Below are positions 1 to 7,462 of a stretch of 11,828 nucleotides of DNA, piece by piece. The DNA lies in NCBI GenBank assembly GCA_031367385.1, contig JANLPS010000354.1, forward strand, positions 1-11,828. Direction: 5' to 3'. The DNA is from Archangium sp. (GTDB taxonomy: Bacteria > Myxococcota > Myxococcia > Myxococcales > Myxococcaceae). Made by a program: the position numbers and the translations under genes. The notes under the pieces are model-generated. The model did not search any database and was not told the origin of the DNA. It saw only the letters and a list, made by a program, of their open reading frames with translations. The stretch's first letter is position 1, and the number at the start of each line of letters is the position of its first letter.

Positions 1-84
1 TGCCGGTTGCTCTGAGGGGAAGTTTTCTGCCCGCCGACCGCGCCGCTCAACCCACGCTCAGAGAACGTTTCTGGCGCTGCGAGC

Positions 85-1425
85 GTGTGTCATCGCGGTC
101 AGCCACCGCCGGTCGATCACGAACCTGCGCGGTCAACGACAGCGGCGTTGCCGCCAGAAGACGATGCGCCAAAGGCATGCCCGAAGTGCAAGCGCCTGGT
201 GCCGGTCAAGGCCAAGAATCGCCCGCGCCATATTCTGACCACGGCGGGCGAGCTGCGGCTGACGCGCAACTACCACCACTGCAGCGACTGCGGCGCGGGG
301 TTCTACCCGCGAGATGCCGAGTTGAAATTGCCTGAAGGTGGCGAGGTGTCTGACGCGATGGAACGTCGCCTTCTCGACTTCGGCATCAACGACACCTTCG
401 AGTCAGTCGCTGAACGGTGGAGCATCCACTACCCGTCGATGTCCATTTCATCGAATCTGGTGCGACGCGTGATGGACCGGGTCGGCGTGCGCTGTGAGGC
501 CGCACACAGCGAGGAGGTGCTCCAGCGGGCCTGTTTCGCGCCAACAGAAGAGCCGGCATCGATGCTCGTGGTGGCGACCGACGGCAGCATGCTGTTGACG
601 CGTGAGGCCAGCTGGAAAGAAGCGAAGGTCGGTGTCATCGCCCGAGCAGATGAGCTTTCAAAAGCCCGCAGAAAACGGGGTGTTGATGGCGCTCGCTACG
701 TCGCCGTCCTCGGCGGGCAGCAAGAATTCAAAGATGCCATGGCTGCTGCGCTCTTGGTCGAGCGCGCTGATGAAGTGTCTCAAGTCGTCTGGCTCGGCGA
801 CGGCGCTCGGGAGAACTGGACGCTGGCTTCAGAGCTGTGCCCCTTCGCGACTCAAGTCCTCGATGTCCCTCACGCAGTGCACTGGGCCATGGCTGCGGGC
901 AAAGCACTGCTTGGCGAAGGCGACCTCGCTCTGCCTCTGTGGGAAGCGCGCATTCACCAACTGCTCGACGCTGACTCACCCGACGCCGCCATCAAAGAAT
1001 TGCTCGAATGCCTCGAGTGGGCAACCACCGCCGAGCACCTCGCTGCGCTCGACGATGTCATCGGGTACTACCGCAGCAACCAGAAGCGCATGCGGTATAA
1101 AACTTTCCGCGCCATCGGCTTGCCCGTTGGCTCGGGCATCGTCGAGAGCGCTCACCGCCACGTGCTGCAGGTCAGAATGAAGCGCGCAGGTCAGCGCTGG
1201 GGCATCGAGCGCGCTCGTCGCATGGTGCGTCTGCGCGCCGTGTATCGCACCGCGGGTGCCCACCACTTTCACCGCGCCATTCGCGACGGTCTCATCCCCC
1301 CGCCAGCCCGCAAGGCTCACCACGCTCTGCCCACTGGCCAGCGCCAAGCCCAGCAGACCTACACGCTGAGCCGAATCAGCCCTCAACCGTCGATTTCACT
1401 CCTCAAAGTGATCGTGCACCCCTAA
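85..1425 (+). CDS. ISKra4-like DDE transposase (IS256/Mutator superfamily); 5' end uncertain and probably truncated
   Basis: Zn-ribbon CPKC...HCSDC followed by FYPRD; catalytic motifs VATDG, WLGDGA, LDVPHA (D-x-x-H) and GLPVGSGIVESAHRHVLQVRMKRAGQRW. In-frame TGA at 13-15 and no convincing RBS/start; transposase-like sequence begins at about 142-150. Confidence 0.85.
   Translation: MCHRGQPPPVDHEPARSTTAALPPEDDAPKACPKCKRLVPVKAKNRPRHILTTAGELRLTRNYHHCSDCGAGFYPRDAELKLPEGGEVSDAMERRLLDFGINDTFESVAERWSIHYPSMSISSNLVRRVMDRVGVRCEAAHSEEVLQRACFAPTEEPASMLVVATDGSMLLTREASWKEAKVGVIARADELSKARRKRGVDGARYVAVLGGQQEFKDAMAAALLVERADEVSQVVWLGDGARENWTLASELCPFATQVLDVPHAVHWAMAAGKALLGEGDLALPLWEARIHQLLDADSPDAAIKELLECLEWATTAEHLAALDDVIGYYRSNQKRMRYKTFRAIGLPVGSGIVESAHRHVLQVRMKRAGQRWGIERARRMVRLRAVYRTAGAHHFHRAIRDGLIPPPARKAHHALPTGQRQAQQTYTLSRISPQPSISLLKVIVHP
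142..1421 (+). mobile_element. Partial ISKra4-like insertion sequence (right end present, left end not seen)
   Basis: Transposase followed by ...CCTCAAAGTGATCGTGCACCC (reverse complement GGGTGCACGATCACTTTGAGG), resembling the GGGTGC-type termini of this group. No matching left repeat in 1-150; the left boundary is approximate. Confidence 0.65.
1401..1421 (-). repeat. Putative right terminal inverted repeat of the IS
   Basis: GGGTGCACGATCACTTTGAGG on the minus strand at the transposase 3' end. The partner is not in the window, so its length is a guess. Confidence 0.5.
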
Positions 1426-1435
1426 ACCTCCCTCT

Positions 1436-2446
1436 GTGCGTCGACTCCTGATCGTCTTGGTCGTGCTGGTTCTGGTCGCGGCAGCGGGTGCCGTCGGAGC
1501 GTGGGCCTGGGTCGAAAACGCAGGCACGGGCCCGCTCATCAAAGAAGACCTGGTCTTCGAGGTGCCGAAAGGGGCAAGCGGCCCGAAGCTGCCCAAGCTG
1601 TTGCACGAGGCCCACCTGCTCGACGACGTGATGCCCGCGCAGATTTACTTGAAGCTCCACCCGGCGTTTCCCAAGTTCGGCAAGCACCAGCTGACCAAGG
1701 GCATGAGCCTGACGCAGGTGACCGAGGCCCTCGCGGGTACTCCGATACCCGACGACGTCGCGGTGACCGTCATCGAGGGCTGGCGCCTGGTCGACACCGA
1801 CACCGACCTCGCGTCGTGGACGCCGCCGTTGGCCCCGAAAGGCGCGTACATCGCGGCCGCGAGTGACCCGAAGCGCTTCAAAATACCGTTCACCTTCACC
1901 GCGCCCGACCTCGAGGGGTACCTCTTTCCCGAGACGTACATGGTGCCGGCCACGGGCTTCGAGCCAGAGCGCCTGATTCAGCGCCAGCTCGACTCGTTCA
2001 ACGCGAAGTTCGCAGCGCCCTACGCCGACGAAATCAGCAAGAGCGGTCACACGTTGCACGAGCTGGTCATCGTGGCGTCGATGCTCGAGCGTGAAGAGCC
2101 CAACCCTCAGAACCGGCCGACCATCGCAGGCATCATCTACAAGCGCCTGACCCGCAAATTTCCCCTCGGCATCGACGCGACCAGCCGCTACCCGCTCGTT
2201 GATTGGAATGATCGGGGGAAGTTCTTGGCCCGGCTGCGCGACCCGAACGACCCGTACAACACGCGCTCGCGGCTGGGGCTCCCGTTCGGGCCGATCGGCT
2301 CACCGACGCTCGCCTCGTTGCTCGCCGCGCTGCGCCCGACCGCCAGCGAATGGCTCTACTACCTGCACGACAAGAACCACGACGTGCACTTCGCGAAGAA
2401 CGCCGAAGAGCACGAGGCGAATCGCAAGCAGTTCGATATTTACTGA
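1436..2446 (+). CDS. mltG: Endolytic transglycosylase MltG (YceG family)
   Basis: N-terminal TM anchor, VPKGAS, VTVIEGW, LEGYLFPETY, ASMLERE (catalytic Glu), DPYNT, GLPFGPIGSP, LYYL, HFAKNAEEHEAN. GTG start. Confidence 0.95.
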   Translation: MRRLLIVLVVLVLVAAAGAVGAWAWVENAGTGPLIKEDLVFEVPKGASGPKLPKLLHEAHLLDDVMPAQIYLKLHPAFPKFGKHQLTKGMSLTQVTEALAGTPIPDDVAVTVIEGWRLVDTDTDLASWTPPLAPKGAYIAAASDPKRFKIPFTFTAPDLEGYLFPETYMVPATGFEPERLIQRQLDSFNAKFAAPYADEISKSGHTLHELVIVASMLEREEPNPQNRPTIAGIIYKRLTRKFPLGIDATSRYPLVDWNDRGKFLARLRDPNDPYNTRSRLGLPFGPIGSPTLASLLAALRPTASEWLYYLHDKNHDVHFAKNAEEHEANRKQFDIY

Positions 2447-2457
2447 GGCGCACCCGA

Positions 2458-3072
2458 CTACGGCTGCAGCTTGAGCACCCGGGTCCCCTCATCGATTGCG
2501 ACGGCCCACCAAGCCCGAACTGAGCTCGGTTGAACGCCGCATTCTCGAGCGACGACCTCAGAAGACGCACCGGCCAGGAGGCGATGCACTGCTCGAACTC
2601 TCGTCTCGGCCTCGACGGGAAATCGAGGCTGCCCCCCGCCCTCGAGCATTCGTTGGGCGGTTCGACTCAATGCGAATCGCAAGACTGCTCCGCCGATCGC
2701 GACTGGCACCGCCAGGACCAAGCCGCCAAGAAACGGAAAGACGCACAGCCCGCAGAGCCCCCCATCACAGCCAACCTGTTGACTGAAACAGAGAATGGAA
2801 AACGCGCCTCCGGTCATGAGGAGGCCGATCGCGATGATCGCAGTCAAGGGGACGACCCACGTGCCGATTCGAGCGGGCGGTTCAGGCAGCGCCCGCTGAT
2901 CATCGAACTCGCGGGTCTTCAGCGCATGCTCGACTCCGCCGAAAAAATGCGCTCGCCAAGCAGCGATCTCGTCGGCCGAGCCATGCGCCTGCGCGGCATT
3001 CACGTGACCGCGCAGCGCGAGGATGACGGCCTTCACCCTCGCATCGCTGGGAATGTCGAGCGTCGTATCCAT
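2458..3072 (-). CDS. Hypothetical membrane protein: HTH-like repeat, 2 TM helices, HTH repeat (204 aa)
   Basis: ATG at 3072 preferred over GTG at 3126. Two hydrophobic stretches; C-terminal RVRAVHRLLAGASSEVVARECGVQPSSVRAWW is a typical helix-turn-helix pattern, with a related N-terminal segment. Confidence 0.7.
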   Translation of the reverse strand: MDTTLDIPSDARVKAVILALRGHVNAAQAHGSADEIAAWRAHFFGGVEHALKTREFDDQRALPEPPARIGTWVVPLTAIIAIGLLMTGGAFSILCFSQQVGCDGGLCGLCVFPFLGGLVLAVPVAIGGAVLRFALSRTAQRMLEGGGQPRFPVEAETRVRAVHRLLAGASSEVVARECGVQPSSVRAWWAVAIDEGTRVLKLQP

Positions 3073-3160
3073 CGATCGTTCTTCGTTATCGCACGGCGCG
3101 ACATCGGTCGCAGCGGAGCGATACACGCTCGCGGCCGGAGATGCTCTCAGCGCCGGAGCT

Positions 3161-3254
3161 CGACAGAAATCGACTCAAACAGACACTGGGTCTCGAAATC
3201 GACTTCACATCGATTCAAAGAGATGACGGTATCTCTTCAAATCGACTTCTGTCG
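3161..3254. repeat. Palindromic intergenic element with four quasi-palindromic 12-bp boxes
   Basis: Terminal inverted repeat CGACAGAA (3161-3168)/TTCTGTCG (3247-3254). Boxes GAAATCGACTCA (3166), GAAATCGACTTC (3195), CACATCGATTCA (3206), CAAATCGACTTC (3238). Inner stem AAGAGAT/ATCTCTT. Confidence 0.75.
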
Positions 3255-3283
3255 TGCAGCAACGAGCACTTAGCGGTGGCGCC

Positions 3284-5878
3284 TCAAAAACCAGCCTGAC
3301 CCCTTTTACGGCGGCGCAGGGCCAACGCGGCCAGACCGAGCCCCAGCATGGGCCCCAGCTCACCCGAGCTGCAACCACACGTTTTTGCTGGAGCCGCCGA
3401 CGTCGTACTGCCCGCCCCAACCGAAGGAATCGTCTTGGTATCGACCCCGCCGTCATCACGGTCAGTCGTGCCGCCATCGCTCGCGACCACGCACGTGGCA
3501 GGCGCATCGAAGGTCACCGACACGTTCTGCGCCGCGCCGCCGCCGCCGGTCGACGCCAAGGTCACGTAGACCTCGCTGGCCGCACCGCACGGCACCGAGA
3601 CGGTGATGTTCGCCAACCCTCCCGAGCTGAGCTGCACGCTCTGGGTCGCGTCATTGGTCAGGCCCGCACCACTTCGCGTGAAGGTGATCGGCGCGTTCTC
3701 TTTCACCAACGCAAGCACCGGCGGAGTCGCCCCCGGAATCGGGCTCCCGCTGCCCAGCTTCGCGCTCACATGCACCTTGGTCGCGCCCTTTGGCGTACGA
3801 AGCTTGAACTGAATCGGCCCGGGGATGACCGCCTGTGGCAGGTCAGGCGCCGCAGCGATTTGGTACACCGCCCGCGGGCTGCTCGCCCCGGTCACGTCGA
3901 GCACCTTCGAGCACCCGATGACACCTTTGGCCGTGAAGATGGCCGTCATCTGCGCCTCGGCCGTCGCCACCGTGGGAAACGCCTGCTTGACCCGCGCGGT
4001 CATCGCCGCCGCCACCGACGCGAAGTCAGCCGACGGAGCGATCGACACCAGCATCGCGTAGAACGCCGCGTCGTACGTGTTGCCGTTGTCACTGCCGCGA
4101 AACGCCGCCCGCCCCGCCCACAGCGCCGCAGCCACGTGTTGACTGTCTTGGTGCACCTCACCCCAGAGCACCGCGGGGCACGACAGGTCATTGTTCAAGG
4201 TGCGCAAGTAGCCGTCTTGGCGCACTCCGGCGACGGCGGTACCTGCCAGTGCACGAGGCCCGAAATACGGGCCAATCTCAGCCACGTCATTGAACGCCCC
4301 AGCGATGTAGTCAGCGAAGCCTTCGTGCAGCGCGCCGCCCTCGTTGTTGGCCGAGCGAGAATCGATCGCGATCTTGTCGAAGGTGATCGCCGCGGTCGCG
4401 TACACCACGCCATGGCCGAACTCGTGCTGAATGACGGTCGCGTCGTACGCCGCGTCGGCCGAGTTGCCCTGAAAAATCAGCAGCGTGTCGACGCCCGTAT
4501 CAAAGCCCGGTATCGGCAGCTGCGAGAAGTTCTCCCTCGGGAAAAACGCCGCGTTGTCGATGCGCAGCAAGGTATCGGAGTGCGTGATGCACGGCGGGTT
4601 CGCCACGCAGCCAAAGCCGCCCTGAATGTTCGTCTGCAGCTCGTTGAAGTTGGGGAACATCACGTTCGCCCAGATCGCCGGCTTGCGTGAGGGCATGCGA
4701 CGCTCATCGCGCATCGCAAAGACCCGAACCGCCGGTTGCTGCCCGGCGAAGATGGTCTGCCCGGCCGCCGAGAGCCCGCGCACCCAGTCGTAGACTCGGT
4801 TCACGTGATAAAACGACTGCACCTCGGCGAACTCATCTGAATTGGCCGGGTCGTCGAGCACCACGGTGGTTTTGTTCTTGGGCGGGTCGACCGGCGTGTA
4901 CTCGTAGTTCGCGCCGGCGTCGTTGGTCAGCGGAGAAGCCCGGCGAACTCGGTCGCAGACCGCCATGCTGAACTGCAGGTCGAGGGGCACTCCGATGTTG
5001 ACGGTCGTGCGGCCGCTCACCCGCTTGGTACCGGCGTCGGCTTGGCAGCCTTCACGCGGGCAGCAATTGAACTGCGTCATCTGAAAGCCGCAGAGCTCCT
5101 GACGCGAGTTGGGCGTGGTCTCCCAGCCGCCGTCGGCGAGAAAGCCGTCGCACGTGTCGGCGACCATCGAGCCGCCATCGAGGTGGCGCAGCTGAACCTT
5201 GGTCGTGGGAGTGGCCCCGACTCCGGCGTCGAGCCCGCCAGGCGAAATCGGGTACATGTTCGCGTCGAGGGCGTGGTGCACACGGTTCTGAACGAAGAGC
5301 CGCTCACCCGTCACCGCGTCGACCGCGACGTACCAGTTCTTGGTGAAGTCGAGCGAGGCGACGTGCGCCAGGTACCCGGCATGAAGCTCGGCGCCGACCT
5401 CGAAGTACATCTTCTGCAACCCACCGTACGGCACGCCATTGGGCTGCAGCATCGGCAACACCACGCCAGCGGCGGCCTTTTGCAGCGCCTGGGTCTCATC
5501 GAGCGACCACGTGTCTCGAATGAACTCGAAGCCCGACAGGCTCGACGAGGTCTGAACCACGCGCGCCTCGGTGTCGAGGGTCACGACGAGCCTCGAGCCG
5601 TAGACTTCGACTCCGCCGACCTCTTGCAGCAGGTGAAAGCTGCCGCCGAAGCGGGTGGCAAAGGCGTGGCTGAAGCGCAGCGTCGACACCGCGGGGAGCT
5701 TGAAGGTGGCCCGCTGGCTCAGTGACCAGGCCTGCACCGCGGCCGACAGCTCGCCAGTCAGCGGCTGCGAGAGCTGACCCAGCTGCAACGCGGGTGAGCC
5801 ATTGGCGGCATCGAGACGCTCGATCACCACGGGCTCGAAGGCACCCGAGGTCAGCAGCAACACAAGAGACAACACCAT
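3284..5878 (-). CDS. Secreted M36/M4 (fungalysin/thermolysin-like) zinc metallopeptidase with MYXO-CTERM sorting signal
   Basis: RBS GAGGT before the ATG; signal-peptide-like N-terminus; FTP-like (QEVGGVEVYG) and PepSY-like (VAVDAVTGE) propeptide; QHEFGH, GGALHEGFADY, GEVHQDS; C-terminal CGCSS, hydrophobic stretch, RRRKR. Confidence 0.9.
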   Translation of the reverse strand: MVLSLVLLLTSGAFEPVVIERLDAANGSPALQLGQLSQPLTGELSAAVQAWSLSQRATFKLPAVSTLRFSHAFATRFGGSFHLLQEVGGVEVYGSRLVVTLDTEARVVQTSSSLSGFEFIRDTWSLDETQALQKAAAGVVLPMLQPNGVPYGGLQKMYFEVGAELHAGYLAHVASLDFTKNWYVAVDAVTGERLFVQNRVHHALDANMYPISPGGLDAGVGATPTTKVQLRHLDGGSMVADTCDGFLADGGWETTPNSRQELCGFQMTQFNCCPREGCQADAGTKRVSGRTTVNIGVPLDLQFSMAVCDRVRRASPLTNDAGANYEYTPVDPPKNKTTVVLDDPANSDEFAEVQSFYHVNRVYDWVRGLSAAGQTIFAGQQPAVRVFAMRDERRMPSRKPAIWANVMFPNFNELQTNIQGGFGCVANPPCITHSDTLLRIDNAAFFPRENFSQLPIPGFDTGVDTLLIFQGNSADAAYDATVIQHEFGHGVVYATAAITFDKIAIDSRSANNEGGALHEGFADYIAGAFNDVAEIGPYFGPRALAGTAVAGVRQDGYLRTLNNDLSCPAVLWGEVHQDSQHVAAALWAGRAAFRGSDNGNTYDAAFYAMLVSIAPSADFASVAAAMTARVKQAFPTVATAEAQMTAIFTAKGVIGCSKVLDVTGASSPRAVYQIAAAPDLPQAVIPGPIQFKLRTPKGATKVHVSAKLGSGSPIPGATPPVLALVKENAPITFTRSGAGLTNDATQSVQLSSGGLANITVSVPCGAASEVYVTLASTGGGGAAQNVSVTFDAPATCVVASDGGTTDRDDGGVDTKTIPSVGAGSTTSAAPAKTCGCSSGELGPMLGLGLAALALRRRKRGQAGF

Positions 5879-5954
5879 GTAAGACCTCGTTGGCCCGGCA
5901 CCGGCGTGGGGGCCACAATTGCGGTTCCGGCACGCTTCCTAGCCTGGGCGCACC

Positions 5955-5983
5955 TTGAAGCGAAACGCTTCTCTGGGTATTGC
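5955..5983 (+). promoter_or_regulatory. Putative sigma70-type promoter of asd (leaderless geometry)
   Basis: TTGAAG (5955-5960), 17 bp, TATTGC (5978-5983), 7 nt, ATG (5991); no Shine-Dalgarno sequence. Confidence 0.5.
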
Positions 5984-5990
5984 TGCCCGT

Positions 5991-7058
5991 ATGAAGAAGC
6001 TTCGCTGCGCGCTGCTGGGAGCGACGGGGTTGGCCGGCCAGCAGTTCGTCTGCGCCCTGAACAATCACCCATGGTTCGAGCTCACGGGGCTTGCTGCCTC
6101 TCCTCGCAGTGCGGGCAAGTCGTACCGCGACGCCCTCAAGGCCCCGAACGGCATGCTGGGCTGGTTCCTAAGCGAGCAAATACCCTCGAACATCGCGCAG
6201 ATGCAGGTCATCGCCGGCAGCGAGCTCAAAGGCAGCGATTACGACCTGGTCTTCAGCGCGGTCGAATCAGACGTGGCCATCGAGCTCGAGCCCAAGCTCG
6301 CCAAAGACGTGCCGGTGGTCTCGGCGGCCAGCGCCTTTCGCTACGAGAACGATGTGCCGTTGCTGATACCGCCCATCAACGCCGATCATGTCTCGCTGCT
6401 CGAACTGCAGCGCCAAAAGCGCGGGTGGAGGGGGTTCATCACGCCCATACCCAACTGCACGACGACGGGGTTGGTGGTGGCCTTGGCCCCGCTCGAAGCG
6501 GCGTTCGGCGTGAAGGCGGTGGTGATGACCTCACTGCAGGCCGTCTCAGGTGCCGGCCGCAGCCCCGGCGTCATCGGGTTAGACATCATCGACAACGTCA
6601 TTCCGCACATCAGCAAAGAGGAGGGCAAGGTCGAGGTCGAGACCAAGAAGATTCTCGGGGCGGCCGGGGCGGGGCACTCGCTGAAAGTCTCTGCCACCTG
6701 CACCCGGGTCGCGGTCATCGAGGGGCACACCGAGACCGCGGTGGTCTCGCTGGGCAAGAAGGCCTCGCCCGCCGAGGTGGCCGCTGCGATGCGCGAGTGG
6801 AGAGGCCACGCCTGGTCTCAGGGCCTGCCCTCGTCGCCCCCCAATTGGATAGAGGTGCTCGACGACCCGTTTCGCCCGCAGCCGCGGCTCGACCGCGACA
6901 CCCACGACGGCATGGCGACCTCGGTGGGGCGAATTCGCGAAGACTCGGTGCTCGAGAACGGCGTGAAGTTCGTGCTGGTGTCGCACAACACCAAAATGGG
7001 AGCGGCCAAGGGCGCCGTGCTGGTAGCCGAGTTGCTCAAGGTGCGTCGTTTTCTTTAG
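5991..7058 (+). CDS. asd: Aspartate-semialdehyde dehydrogenase (archaeal/fungal-type subfamily)
   Basis: LGATGLAGQ Rossmann motif, HPWFE, AASPRSAGKSY, PNCTT (catalytic Cys), QAVSGAG, DNVIPHI..EE.K, SATCTRV, GH, SHNTKMGAA. ATG 5991 preferred over TTG 5955. Confidence 0.95.
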   Translation: MKKLRCALLGATGLAGQQFVCALNNHPWFELTGLAASPRSAGKSYRDALKAPNGMLGWFLSEQIPSNIAQMQVIAGSELKGSDYDLVFSAVESDVAIELEPKLAKDVPVVSAASAFRYENDVPLLIPPINADHVSLLELQRQKRGWRGFITPIPNCTTTGLVVALAPLEAAFGVKAVVMTSLQAVSGAGRSPGVIGLDIIDNVIPHISKEEGKVEVETKKILGAAGAGHSLKVSATCTRVAVIEGHTETAVVSLGKKASPAEVAAAMREWRGHAWSQGLPSSPPNWIEVLDDPFRPQPRLDRDTHDGMATSVGRIREDSVLENGVKFVLVSHNTKMGAAKGAVLVAELLKVRRFL

Positions 7059-7122
7059 TGATTGCCCGCAGGTCTGACGCTAAGAGAGCGCAGCGCAGTA
7101 CTTCATCTGTTTCGAGGATTTC

Positions 7123-7461
7123 ATGGCCTACGTCGTCGCTGACCCCTGCATCAAGTGCAAGTACACCGACTGTGTCGAAGTGTGCCCGGTGAACTGCTTC
7201 TACGAGGGTGCCAACACGCTCGTCATTCACCCTGACGAGTGCATCGACTGTGGTGCCTGCGAGCCGGTGTGCCCGACCAAGGCCATCTTCCCCGAGAGCG
7301 ATTTGCCGGCGAAGTGGGGCGAGTTCAAGACGCTCAACGCTGACTTGTCGACCAAGTGGCCAAACATCTCGGTCAAGAAGGCGCCGCTGCCCGACGCCGA
7401 GGCGTTCAAAGACAAAGACGGCAAGCGCCCCCTGATGGACATGAGCCCCGGCCACTCCTGA
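7123..7461 (+). CDS. fdxA: 7Fe ferredoxin ([3Fe-4S]+[4Fe-4S], Azotobacter FdI type)
   Basis: [21 protein letters not shown]...[18 protein letters not shown]-terminal WPNI extension; RBS GAGGA. Confidence 0.95.
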   Translation: MAYVVADPCIKCKYTDCVEVCPVNCFYEGANTLVIHPDECIDCGACEPVCPTKAIFPESDLPAKWGEFKTLNADLSTKWPNISVKKAPLPDAEAFKDKDGKRPLMDMSPGHS

Positions 7462-7462
7462 G

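Noticed and set aside
6..67. Imperfect inverted repeat CTCTGAG...CTCAGAG at the window start
   Set aside because: Short stem with a long loop at the window edge; cannot be assigned as an RNA element or terminator.
1389..1397. GTCGATTTC, reverse complement of the GAAATCGAC box core, near the IS end upstream of mltG
   Set aside because: Single 9-mer, and TCGA-containing words are very common in this sequence; no evidence of a link to the array.
3161..3254. CRISPR array or integron attC interpretation of the repeat block
   Set aside because: Repeats are only about 12 bp with irregular spacing and no cas genes; no RYYYAAC/GTTRRRY ends or integrase seen.
3254..4690. 478-aa plus-strand ORF and other long alternative ORFs (2530-3273, 5906-7192, 8873-9904, 9039-10082, 10730-11596)
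   Set aside because: Arg/Gly/Ala-rich shadow frames overlapping well-supported genes, as expected in high-GC DNA; no recognisable motifs.
5927..5943. sigma54-like CCGGCACGCTTCCTAGC upstream of asd
   Set aside because: Spacing is GG-N11-GC rather than the obligatory N10.
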